The notes beneath the pieces were generated by a model, which did no database searches, was not told the DNA's origin, and was given only the letters and a program-made list of their open reading frames with translations. The position numbers were made by a program, and so were the translations under genes. This document shows positions 29,279 to 36,529 of a stretch of DNA of 38,973 nt, one piece after another. The stretch spans positions 1 through 38,973 of IMG/VR virus record IMGVR_UViG_3300027586_000017. The stretch is one strand, 5' to 3'. This DNA comes from a virus (lineage: Duplodnaviria > Caudoviricetes). Positions within the stretch are counted from its first letter, which is position 1, and each line of letters starts with the position of its first letter.

Positions 29279-29998
29279 ATGTTTGATTTAAATACAGTAC
29301 CTAAAATAGTTGTTAAAGAAATGTCATATAAGGAAATAGATATTGCTTTGGAGAAAATAGGACAAGTACACAATCCTAATAAATATTTTTTATACAATCA
29401 AGGTAATCGATGGATGGTATTAGATGCATACAGTAATAAAGAAATTAAAGAGATGTACTCTATGTACGATATGGCATATGGAGATGTAATGCTTACAGGC
29501 TTTGGGTTCGGTATATTAGCAGCATGGATTGCAACAAAGCCAGAAGTTACCTCTGTTACCGTTTTAGAAGTATCTCAAGACATTGTAGATATATTTTTAC
29601 TTAATAATACAATGCCCGAAAAGGTTAATGTTATTATAACCGATGCATCTACATATACTACAGACAAGCACTATGATTGTTTATTTCTAGATCACTATGA
29701 ACATCATTATTCTGATTGGATATTTCGTAATGTAAAACAAATTTCAAATAATATACCAAACCATGACACATTATGGTTTTGGTCTCTTGAGTCAAGATCG
29801 TTGGAGTCTGTATCTGATTTAACTCCACACTCTATTATTTATAAAGTAATACCTCAAGGATATACCGATTTTTATCCAATGTATCAATCATTTAAGGCTC
29901 ATATTTTAAATGTTCCTACACTGCCAGAATTAGACAAGTTTAGGTTTAATGAATACGTATATACTTATTTTGACAAATTAGGATATTCAGTTTTTTAA
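29279..29998 (+). CDS. Class I SAM-dependent methyltransferase-like protein (spermidine-synthase-like fold)
   Basis: GDVMLTGFGFG, VTVLE, DA and YDCLFLD motifs. Confidence 0.75.
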   Translation: MFDLNTVPKIVVKEMSYKEIDIALEKIGQVHNPNKYFLYNQGNRWMVLDAYSNKEIKEMYSMYDMAYGDVMLTGFGFGILAAWIATKPEVTSVTVLEVSQDIVDIFLLNNTMPEKVNVIITDASTYTTDKHYDCLFLDHYEHHYSDWIFRNVKQISNNIPNHDTLWFWSLESRSLESVSDLTPHSIIYKVIPQGYTDFYPMYQSFKAHILNVPTLPELDKFRFNEYVYTYFDKLGYSVF

Positions 29999-30011
29999 AT
30001 ATAACAAAAAG

Positions 30012-30149
30012 TTATTCTGGTTTGTGATCTGATTCAGATTTGCAAGAACATCCATTGCAACAGATTTCTGAAAAAACCTTTACAGCCAGAGAAGTAGATT
30101 CTGTCTCAAATAGTGGTTTGTCGTTATCTAGGTTGTTTAGTATAGCCAT
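30012..30149 (-). CDS. Small 45-aa protein with a CCNGCSC motif
   Basis: Not in the track: MAILNNLDNDKPLFETESTSLAVKVFSEICCNGCSCKSESDHKPE; ATG 6 nt after TGATATAAT. Confidence 0.6.
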   Translation of the reverse strand: MAILNNLDNDKPLFETESTSLAVKVFSEICCNGCSCKSESDHKPE

Positions 30150-30183
30150 AGAATTATTATATCATATACCGTTTAAAATCAAT

Positions 30184-30774
30184 CTAAGATTGGTTTATGC
30201 CATAAAAATCTATTTTTGGAAATTTAACATCTTTAAGGTTGGGATTGATAAAGTTTTTTATTTTACTTCCTATTTCTGGATCGTATAAATCTAAATGCAA
30301 GAAATCTTTTCTACCATCAAAATATTCAAAAACATCTTTTATAAAAGAATCATGTACGTGTGACAACTGTTCATCACTTATTGCAGACATGCTTCTAGGA
30401 GCATTTTCTATATAGTTATCTATTAGGTGTTGTAAAAATGAAGTAGGGTCATCTTGTTTAAAAAACCTATGAATTTTTCTTATTGAGAGGACCCACTCAT
30501 GTGTTGGACGAGTTATTAATATAATTTTAGATCCAGGATATTCTAGGTCTAGTTCTTTATACATATGGTTAAATGGCACATCCATAAAAACATCAAGATG
30601 AGATGTTAGTTTTATTAGGTTTGAGTATAGTTCTTCTTTTGTCATTAAGTCTGCTTCTTGAGTTGGAATAAAGTGACCACCCCAATGAGCAACTGAAAAT
30701 CCTAGGTCTTGTAAAAAGTTTTGTGTTGACTTAGTGCCAGTTCTATTGTGGCTTACAACTATAATCTTATTCAC
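30184..30774 (-). CDS. Sulfotransferase-family (P-loop) protein
   Basis: NRTGTKS PAPS-binding loop, DVP, YPGSKIILITR...W..S; leaderless GTG start. Confidence 0.8.
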   Translation of the reverse strand: MNKIIVVSHNRTGTKSTQNFLQDLGFSVAHWGGHFIPTQEADLMTKEELYSNLIKLTSHLDVFMDVPFNHMYKELDLEYPGSKIILITRPTHEWVLSIRKIHRFFKQDDPTSFLQHLIDNYIENAPRSMSAISDEQLSHVHDSFIKDVFEYFDGRKDFLHLDLYDPEIGSKIKNFINPNLKDVKFPKIDFYGINQS

Positions 30775-30904
30775 ATATATGATTATACTCTATACCGTAA
30801 AAATCTGAAAAATTTTATAAATTGGATTTACCCAAAATCTGAATATTTTCTATACGTGTATGATACATACTTTTGTGAAATAAAAATAAATAAATTAGTG
30901 AGCA

Positions 30905-30940
30905 CACTAGTATAGTACTCGCAAAGATCTTATACTAGTG
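30905..30940 (-). terminator. Hairpin after the leftward early operon
   Basis: Perfect 10-bp inverted repeat CACTAGTATA...TATACTAGTG, 13 nt after the last stop codon. Confidence 0.5.
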
Positions 30941-30953
30941 CCACCTAATTATT

Positions 30954-31052
30954 CTAACACTTGCAAGGGTCTATGCGTGTAGTACCCTCATCAAAAATAA
31001 TGATACCTGTATCACCGCATGACTCGCAGGTGTGTGCATACATAGCGCTCAT
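30954..31052 (-). CDS. 32-aa zinc-finger-like protein
   Basis: MSAMYAHTCESCGDTGIIIFDEGTTRIDPCKC; TAA-ATG coupling; paralog of 33142..33297. Confidence 0.6.
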   Translation of the reverse strand: MSAMYAHTCESCGDTGIIIFDEGTTRIDPCKC

Positions 31053-31172
31053 TTACTGACCCCACACAATTCCTGCGATAGTGCATAGAACAACTGTTGA
31101 TAGTGCAACAATCATTCCTGCTTCTGGATAGTCCTCAATCCAATCAGCAAAAGTCATAAAAGGGTTAGTCAT
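31053..31172 (-). CDS. 39-aa membrane peptide
   Basis: MTNPFMTFADWIEDYPEAGMIVALSTVVLCTIAGIVWGQ; abuts both neighbouring genes. Confidence 0.6.
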   Translation of the reverse strand: MTNPFMTFADWIEDYPEAGMIVALSTVVLCTIAGIVWGQ

Positions 31173-31346
31173 TTACTTACCTGCTCTCTTAGCAATTAGT
31201 GCCTCTACCTCGGCAATTTGTTCTGGTGTAGCGTTGCGGTAGGCATTGACGCTCTCTCTAATCCATGGGGATTTAGCCATAGCCTTTTCATGGGCTTCAT
31301 GGCGAGCAATCGCTTGCTCGGCTTGTATTCTATTTAGTGTATTCAT
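31173..31346 (-). CDS. 57-aa hypothetical early protein
   Basis: MNTLNRIQAEQAIARHEAHEKAMAKSPW...; GAAAGG SD; TGTCAG-type promoter upstream. Confidence 0.7.
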   Translation of the reverse strand: MNTLNRIQAEQAIARHEAHEKAMAKSPWIRESVNAYRNATPEQIAEVEALIAKRAGK

Positions 31347-31384
31347 TTCTGACTACCTTTCTTTATTTAATCTCTATACCTAGT

Positions 31385-31693
31385 ATTCTAGCACCTACCA
31401 CTGACAAATTAGCCTGTTTCTCGGGCGTGTCGGGAAAGTATTTTTGTGATTTGGGTCACATTGTTTTACCCTGTTATTTAATTGTATACCTGTAAGGGTA
31501 TCATAAATACCGCCAAAAGTCAAGACGACACGCCGTGTCCTGGATGTGATGTCCGTCACAGGGGATGTCGAAAAAAGTTATCCACAGGTCAGACCAAGTT
31601 ATCCACATGATGTGTATCACATGTGATGAATCTCACAATGTCCGAATTGATACCTTTTGTCCCCTCCAATTTGTCAGACCCCCCTGCTATACT
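31385..31693. promoter_or_regulatory. Divergent early control region 1
   Basis: TGTCAG-N10-TAnnnT promoters on both strands (31385-31406 minus, 31672-31693 plus); minus-strand TTGACT-17-TACCCT; TGTGA-N6-TCACA at 31445, 31545 and 31622; TTATCCACA at 31578 and 31599; GACACGCCGTGTC at 31527. Confidence 0.85.
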
Positions 31694-31747
31694 TACAGTA
31701 TAAAGAAAAACAAGGGTACAGAAATCCCTTAAAGAAAGGTGGTCACA

Positions 31748-31930
31748 ATGACTACATTAGATAAAACAACAGTATGCGTAGAGCATAACCCTTACTATTC
31801 CGCTATCTCCGAGGTTGGAGACATGCAATACACATTCTGCCAAGATTGTGAACAAAACATTGACCGCTATTGGTTAGACTTTGGAATGGAACGACTACCT
31901 ATGTGGTCAGATTGGTCGGTGACTAAGTAA
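31748..31930 (+). CDS. Small Cys/His protein
   Basis: ORF track; ATG 31748 after a GAAAGGTGG SD; CxxH and CxxC motifs. Confidence 0.7.
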   Translation: MTTLDKTTVCVEHNPYYSAISEVGDMQYTFCQDCEQNIDRYWLDFGMERLPMWSDWSVTK

Positions 31931-32040
31931 TGGACTTAACAGACTATAAAAAATTCGTAGAGAATAAAAGAGCAATGCAACGCATTGAGGCTTTCACAAT
32001 TATCTCTAATGCTACAAAAGAAAGTGAGAATACTAAATGA
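31930..32040 (+). CDS. 36-aa hypothetical protein
   Basis: MDLTDYKKFVENKRAMQRIEAFTIISNATKESENTK; coupled to both neighbours. Confidence 0.6.
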   Translation: MDLTDYKKFVENKRAMQRIEAFTIISNATKESENTK

Positions 32041-32204
32041 GTATTTGGACTAAACTCGCTACTGTAAGCGATTACCCTAAAGGAATGATGAACCTATGCC
32101 AATGCGGTCAGGTCATCTTAGCCCCCGACACTATACACGACATGTGCATACCTAGCGGTACATGTATGCATGATGTATGTATCTCTACTAGAAAGGTTAA
32201 ATAA
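32037..32204 (+). CDS. 55-aa Cys-rich hypothetical protein
   Basis: MSIWTKLATVSDYPKGMMNLCQCG...; ATGA overlap with the upstream stop. Confidence 0.6.
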   Translation: MSIWTKLATVSDYPKGMMNLCQCGQVILAPDTIHDMCIPSGTCMHDVCISTRKVK

Positions 32205-32369
32205 ATGAGTACATTCGCACCCCTTCGCTCCGTATGTGGAGCCACTACTGCAATGGTTGATGTCTATGACATTGACCTTAACCCTCATGGTGTTATCTGT
32301 TGCGATAACTGCCAATCCATAATCTTATGCCGTAAGGCATGGGACTACCTATACAAGGAGGTTAAATAA
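32205..32369 (+). CDS. 54-aa Cys-rich hypothetical protein
   Basis: MSTFAPLRSVCG...ICCDNC...; GAAAGG SD. Confidence 0.65.
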   Translation: MSTFAPLRSVCGATTAMVDVYDIDLNPHGVICCDNCQSIILCRKAWDYLYKEVK

Positions 32370-32518
32370 TGAATGTCTATGAGTTTAACGCTTTCATAAA
32401 TGTTGAGGCTGAATCCTATGATGAGGCTATTGATGTCTTTCAATTCCAATTAAAATACGGAATAAATAAAGATAATGTCTATGTCGCTGACATAAATGAA
32501 TTGGAGATTGCAGAATGA
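32369..32518 (+). CDS. 49-aa acidic hypothetical protein
   Basis: MNVYEFNAFINVEAESYDEA...; AAGGAGG SD. Confidence 0.65.
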   Translation: MNVYEFNAFINVEAESYDEAIDVFQFQLKYGINKDNVYVADINELEIAE

Positions 32519-32604
32519 AAACACTTCAAGAAAAACTTGACGCAGTAGCGTTAGAGTTAGAGCCAGTACTTTGGGAATTACTAAATGAAATTGAGGAGAA
32601 ATAA
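32515..32604 (+). CDS. 29-aa acidic helical peptide
   Basis: MKTLQEKLDAVALELEPVLWELLNEIEEK; GGAG SD and ATGA overlap. Confidence 0.55.
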   Translation: MKTLQEKLDAVALELEPVLWELLNEIEEK

Positions 32605-32605
32605 A

Positions 32606-32659
32606 TTGTTAGTTATTCTAATTGCTATGATTGTATTTGGTTTTCTTTATTCTTTGTAA
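32606..32659 (+). CDS. Possible 17-aa hydrophobic peptide
   Basis: TTG start after GAGGAG: MLVILIAMIVFGFLYSL; ends just before a hairpin. Confidence 0.4.
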   Translation: MLVILIAMIVFGFLYSL

Positions 32660-32667
32660 ATTAGATC

Positions 32668-32695
32668 TTGGCGGGTTATTCATTTAGCCCGTCAA
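32668..32695 (+). terminator. Hairpin ending early operon 1
   Basis: TTGGCGGGTTA/TAGCCCGTCAA 11-bp stem with G-U pairs on the + strand. Confidence 0.6.
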
Positions 32696-32923
32696 AAATT
32701 TCGACAAAAGTTATCCACAGGGTTATACACAGGGTAAATGTGGTGTATCTCACACACGACACGCCGTGTCAAGATTTGACTTTTTGACATTTTCTTGCTA
32801 TACTTCTAGTATAACAATTAAATAAGGACAGATAAGGCAATGAGCCTAGCAAATAAATGTGACCAGTATCACAGTGAGCCTAGCGAATAAATGCCCTAAT
32901 TTGTCAGACCCCCCTGCTAGACT
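32694..32923 (+). promoter_or_regulatory. Early control region 2 (tandem promoters)
   Basis: AAAAATTTCGAC; DnaA-type boxes at 32711 and 32723; CRP-type boxes at 32739 and 32858; GACACGCCGTGTC at 32758; TTGACT-17-TATACT (32776-32804); TGTCAG-N10-TAGACT (32902-32923). Confidence 0.85.
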
Positions 32924-32955
32924 TACTATACAAACAAACGAAAGGAAGTCACTAA

Positions 32956-33141
32956 ATGACTTACACTGTAACACTAGAAACCTTTTCAGGTTCTACTAAA
33001 AAAATCAACTTCTCATCACGAGGTCAGGTTGCTCAATTCGTATCACAATACCCAACACAATTACCTGTTGGCGTATCTGTAAAAATCGCTTGCGACTCTC
33101 TCGGTATTAGCGGTACTCTAAGAGGAAGCCGTGCACTATAA
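32956..33141 (+). CDS. Hypothetical early protein
   Basis: ORF track; GAAAGGA SD. Confidence 0.7.
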   Translation: MTYTVTLETFSGSTKKINFSSRGQVAQFVSQYPTQLPVGVSVKIACDSLGISGTLRGSRAL

Positions 33142-33297
33142 ATGATAAACTCAGTAATGACAATACCTTGCGAGGAATGTCACTCAACAGGTTTAATCTT
33201 TTTTGGTGAAGGCGATACCTATGATGTAGAAACTTGCGTATGCGATTTTGGCATGGAGCAAGACCTTAATTTATTCAACACACCCGAAGCAAACTAA
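33142..33297 (+). CDS. 51-aa zinc-finger-like protein
   Basis: MINSVMTIPCEECHSTGLIFFG...TCVC...; abuts the upstream stop. Confidence 0.6.
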   Translation: MINSVMTIPCEECHSTGLIFFGEGDTYDVETCVCDFGMEQDLNLFNTPEAN

Positions 33298-33317
33298 AAG
33301 AATAGGAAATAAAATAA

Positions 33318-33524
33318 ATGACTAAAATAGAACACTCTCTAAAATTCGTCACAGAATTTGATGAAACTCACCCAGTAGCACAACAAGCCCTTGCTATTCC
33401 TCACTCAGATTTAATCGCAATGCTTGAAGCAATGCTAAAAGATTTACTAGTGCCTGCTATCGGTCCTGTCCTTGATGAAATAAATGAGCGTGGCACTTAT
33501 GCAATTCTAAAGGTGGCCGAATAA
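33318..33524 (+). CDS. Hypothetical early protein
   Basis: ORF track; SD present. Confidence 0.7.
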   Translation: MTKIEHSLKFVTEFDETHPVAQQALAIPHSDLIAMLEAMLKDLLVPAIGPVLDEINERGTYAILKVAE

Positions 33525-33709
33525 TGATGACTCGTAAAGACTATGTAGCAACCGCTGAAATCTTAAACGGATTTAAGGATTTAATCGGTGACCAATTACT
33601 TTTTGAAGATTTGGTGGACGAGTTTTCTTTAATGTTTGAAAGCGATAATGAAAGATTTGACCATGTAAAGTTTTTCAATGCTTGTCATAAAGAAAGCGAG
33701 TTAGCATGA
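33524..33709 (+). CDS. Small phage protein (MTRKDY..A.......DNERFD..KF..AC type)
   Basis: ORF track; the motif is common in small early phage proteins. Confidence 0.7.
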   Translation: MMTRKDYVATAEILNGFKDLIGDQLLFEDLVDEFSLMFESDNERFDHVKFFNACHKESELA

Positions 33710-33855
33710 TTCTTGACACTGAAACGCTCATTGCAATTGTAATTGCACTTGGTGGATCTCTTTCAATGATGCTTGTATTTTGGAAACAAAATACTGAACA
33801 ACAAAGAGAAATTCGCAGATTGCAAATCGCATTGCGAGATGAACGCAACAAATAA
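33706..33855 (+). CDS. 49-aa single-pass membrane protein
   Basis: MILDTETLIAIVIALGGSLSMMLVFWKQNTEQQREIRRLQIALRDERNK; ATGA overlap. Confidence 0.65.
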   Translation: MILDTETLIAIVIALGGSLSMMLVFWKQNTEQQREIRRLQIALRDERNK

Positions 33856-33859
33856 AATA

Positions 33860-33887
33860 AAATCCTGAGCATGATTGAAAACTGCTC
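33860..33887 (+). ncRNA. 28-nt H-type pseudoknot motif, copy 1
   Basis: AAATC-CT-GAGCA-T-GATTG-AAAAC-TGCTC. Confidence 0.55.
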
Positions 33888-34040
33888 AAAAATTTTCGAC
33901 CCGTTCGGGCGTGTCGTCCACAGGTTACGTAAGTTATCCACAGGCCCAGGATTTGTGAGATTTATCACATGGCTTGAGCGTCTCAATATTTGGAATTACT
34001 CGCTAGTAGGTAGAGGAATGTCAGCCTCCCATGATAGGAT
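33888..34040 (+). promoter_or_regulatory. Early control region 3
   Basis: AAAAATTTTCGAC; GGCGTGTCG at 33908; TTATCCACA at 33934; TGTGA-N6-TCACA at 33954; TGTCAG-N10-TAGGAT (34019-34040). Confidence 0.8.
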
Positions 34041-34083
34041 TACAGAGTAATAAGTTAATTAACAGAAAAGAAAGGCGGACTAA

Positions 34084-34308
34084 ATGTCAGCACTAACCTA
34101 TACAATAGATAACCTACTAGTAGGAAAATACTATCGTTCCCGTAATCGCAAGATTGACGGAATTATTCAAGAGGCAGAAAGTCATGATGCATGGTATGGT
34201 AGAGAATACCAAGCCTATCGTGTTCGTGTTAGACCTCAACACGGAGATAGCATCAAGTCATGGGGGAAAGATTTTTATGCGGTTGTCGCAGTAAAGGTTG
34301 GTGCGTAA
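34084..34308 (+). CDS. Hypothetical early protein
   Basis: ORF track; GAAAGGCGG SD. Confidence 0.7.
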   Translation: MSALTYTIDNLLVGKYYRSRNRKIDGIIQEAESHDAWYGREYQAYRVRVRPQHGDSIKSWGKDFYAVVAVKVGA

Positions 34309-34484
34309 TGATAATTGAAACAACGCAACACTATGAGATTAGCGACACGATACACTTTTGTTGTGATGAGATGCAATTTACTTATTTTTGCAAGAATTGT
34401 GATGAGAAAATGGATTGTTACTTTTGTGGGTTTGACTATACAGAGGCACACGATTGCAGACCTACACAAGGGAGTAGAGGATAA
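34308..34484 (+). CDS. Cys-rich hypothetical protein
   Basis: Start ATG 34308 (TAATG coupling); CC, CxxC and CxxC motifs. Confidence 0.65.
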   Translation: MIIETTQHYEISDTIHFCCDEMQFTYFCKNCDEKMDCYFCGFDYTEAHDCRPTQGSRG

Positions 34485-34624
34485 TGATTGACACATGTAT
34501 TGCATGTAATGAAAACGCAGTATCTATTACTGAATTGTATTGCTTAAATTGCTACCTTGCTAATAACGCAGAGGCAGACTACACCGAGATTGATTTACTT
34601 TGGAAAACTAAGGAGAACGCATAA
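34484..34624 (+). CDS. 46-aa zinc-finger-like protein
   Basis: MIDTCIACNE...YCLNCY...; TAATG coupling on both sides. Confidence 0.65.
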   Translation: MIDTCIACNENAVSITELYCLNCYLANNAEADYTEIDLLWKTKENA

Positions 34625-34845
34625 TGGAAAATGAATACCTATACGCAGTAACAGTAGCCTATGATAGCAAGCCAGTACATTGGACGGGTCGCTATGCAGA
34701 TGCACTAAGTGCCGTTGATGAGTTTAATAAACACATTGATTGGGGATTTGCAGATGAATACGCAACAGTTAATTTATCTGAGCCAAGTGGAAAGATGCAC
34801 ACCCGCACTTTCTATCGTGAAGGACGAAAGGTAGTAAGTAAATAA
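34624..34845 (+). CDS. Hypothetical early protein
   Basis: ORF track; AAGGAG SD. Confidence 0.7.
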   Translation: MENEYLYAVTVAYDSKPVHWTGRYADALSAVDEFNKHIDWGFADEYATVNLSEPSGKMHTRTFYREGRKVVSK

Positions 34846-35165
34846 TGGGATACAACACAGCAACAGACCTAGCAGAAAACATTGACATAAGCCTTGAACA
34901 AGCCATTGGCTACCACCTACAAGGTAATCATTACCCACCCGTTCCACTTTCTATGGTGCAACCTTGCATAGATGCTATTGATGCATACTATGATGAGGAC
35001 TATGACCGATTTATTGCAATGCCTGAAGGCGTATTCTATAAGGGAATGAGTCATGCACCTGCCCATGCAATTATTGAACAACACCACCTAGACCCATGGC
35101 TGCCACAGGATGAATACTATGGCGAGGAAGACGCAGGCTATGAGTTAGGATTGGGGCTTGAATAA
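34845..35165 (+). CDS. Hypothetical phage protein (HLQGNHYPPVP...HHL motif)
   Basis: ORF track; His-rich motif; coupled start. Confidence 0.75.
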   Translation: MGYNTATDLAENIDISLEQAIGYHLQGNHYPPVPLSMVQPCIDAIDAYYDEDYDRFIAMPEGVFYKGMSHAPAHAIIEQHHLDPWLPQDEYYGEEDAGYELGLGLE

Positions 35166-35230
35166 TGGAAGCATTTTTTATTTTTGCACTAATACTAATC
35201 GCTATCATGGCAATTTCGGGAGGACGTTAA
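35165..35230 (+). CDS. 21-aa hydrophobic peptide (MEAFFIFALILIAIMAISGGR)
   Basis: TAATG coupling; fills the gap to the next gene; similar peptide at 36459..36524. Confidence 0.55.
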   Translation: MEAFFIFALILIAIMAISGGR

Positions 35231-35231
35231 A

Positions 35232-35471
35232 ATGACTGTTACAATAACAAATATGGAATTAAAATTTGCAGATAACCTTACACCAGATCAACTCATGATT
35301 GAAGATTTAATCATGGTTGAAGATGAGATTGTTGAGGTACTTGGAATTCAATCTGATTCATCGGGTAACATTTATCTTGTTGCTTATAAAGATGAGTTTG
35401 ATGAAAAAAACGTTGTGCAATTTAATCATGATGAGTTTGTCTCTCTCTACGTGTATGTAGATAGTGACTAA
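35232..35471 (+). CDS. Acidic hypothetical protein (SH3-like beta barrel possible)
   Basis: ORF track; GGAGG SD. Confidence 0.7.
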   Translation: MTVTITNMELKFADNLTPDQLMIEDLIMVEDEIVEVLGIQSDSSGNIYLVAYKDEFDEKNVVQFNHDEFVSLYVYVDSD

Positions 35472-35483
35472 TAACTAAAAAAG

Positions 35484-35578
35484 ATTTTGTGTGCTTCCCC
35501 CGCACAAAATTTTCGACACGAGGTCGGGCGTGTCGTGTTTACGTAAGATTTGACATTTTCCCACGATTTTGGTAAAAT
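35484..35578 (+). promoter_or_regulatory. Terminator hairpin plus early control region 4
   Basis: ATTTTGTGTG/CGCACAAAAT hairpin; AAAATTTTCGACACG; GGCGTGTCG at 35527; TTGACA-17-TAAAAT (35550-35578). Confidence 0.75.
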
Positions 35579-35583
35579 TAAGT

Positions 35584-35724
35584 ATGAAGAAATCTAAAGA
35601 GGAATTACGTAGGCTTATGGAATTACGTAGGTCTAACGCTGCCTCTGCCGTACCCAATAAGAAAAAATACAATAGAAAAATTTGTCAGTCCCTCATGCTA
35701 AAATTAAAGAAAGAAAGCGAGTAG
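35584..35724 (+). CDS. 46-aa basic protein, leaderless
   Basis: MKKSKEELRRLMELRRSNAASAVPNKKKYNRKICQSLMLKLKKESE; ATG 5 nt after the -10 element. Confidence 0.6.
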   Translation: MKKSKEELRRLMELRRSNAASAVPNKKKYNRKICQSLMLKLKKESE

Positions 35725-35729
35725 CCACC

Positions 35730-36452
35730 ATGTCCCAATTACTCAGAAGCAAAGATAGGAAAGTAGCAAATGCCGTCACACCTAATGGAAAACAAGCAAC
35801 AATCGCCAACACCTTTGGACTACCTGCAGGAAAAGCCTATTCATGTCCTGGTGCAACGACTATCTGTGAGACTGTTTGCTATGCAGGCAAATTGGAAAAG
35901 GTCTTCCCTGGAGTAAAGAAAAACTTATTACATAACTGGGAGTTACTAAAGGACGCAGACCTTGACACCATGCAGGTGTTGCTAAGTGAAATGATAGATG
36001 AATTTATTATTGACTGCAACAAGCGCAATGCCCCTAAACTATTCCGTATCCACTGGGACGGAGATTTCTTCAATGATACCTATACACAAGCATGGAAGCA
36101 TGTCATCCTTAATAATACAGATATACAATTCTGGGTTTATACCCGTGTAAAATCTGCAGCCCTTATGCTTAAGGATATTAAAAATCTCTCACTATACTAT
36201 TCCACAGATAGCGAGAATAAAGATACAGGTGTGGAATTAAAAAAAGATCACGGCATTCGTCTTGCATACCTTGCTAAGAGTTTCTTAATAGGGCAAGCAG
36301 ACATGAAAGCACTTATGGGCAGACCTGCCGCTAAGTGTCCTGAGAATAATAAACAGATACCACTAATTAGCACAAAGGGCTCGGCTTGTGTTTCTTGCTC
36401 ATTGTGTGTATACTCTAAGAGTGACATAGTATTCTCTGCCTCAAAGAAATGA
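35730..36452 (+). CDS. GP88-like protein (radical-SAM-like Fe-S protein)
   Basis: FGLPAG..SCPGATTIC...CYA, FRIHWDGDF, FWVYTR and C-terminal CP...ACVSCSLC motifs; own TGTCAG-type promoter at 35683-35704. Confidence 0.75.
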   Translation: MSQLLRSKDRKVANAVTPNGKQATIANTFGLPAGKAYSCPGATTICETVCYAGKLEKVFPGVKKNLLHNWELLKDADLDTMQVLLSEMIDEFIIDCNKRNAPKLFRIHWDGDFFNDTYTQAWKHVILNNTDIQFWVYTRVKSAALMLKDIKNLSLYYSTDSENKDTGVELKKDHGIRLAYLAKSFLIGQADMKALMGRPAAKCPENNKQIPLISTKGSACVSCSLCVYSKSDIVFSASKK

Positions 36453-36458
36453 GAACAA

Positions 36459-36524
36459 ATGGAAATCTTAATCGTATTAGTAATAGGCTTAATAACCATG
36501 CTAATCATAGCAGGGGGCAAATAG
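36459..36524 (+). CDS. 21-aa hydrophobic peptide (MEILIVLVIGLITMLIIAGGK)
   Basis: Same length and ME...GG[KR] pattern as 35165..35230. Confidence 0.5.
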   Translation: MEILIVLVIGLITMLIIAGGK

Positions 36525-36529
36525 CCCAT

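Noticed and set aside
31671-31693. TTGTCA read as a -35 element
   Set aside because: It is only 11 nt from the -10 hexamer; sigma-70-type spacing needs about 16-19 nt.
32841-32893. The 19-bp direct repeats as a mini-CRISPR array
   Set aside because: There are only two repeats, the 15-nt spacer is essentially a CRP box, and no cas genes are present.
33860-33887. CTGA...GAAA read as a hammerhead ribozyme core, or the motif read as a preQ1 riboswitch
   Set aside because: The CUGANGA core and three-stem junction are missing. The copies lie 3' of genes unrelated to queuosine and lack the preQ1 loop consensus.
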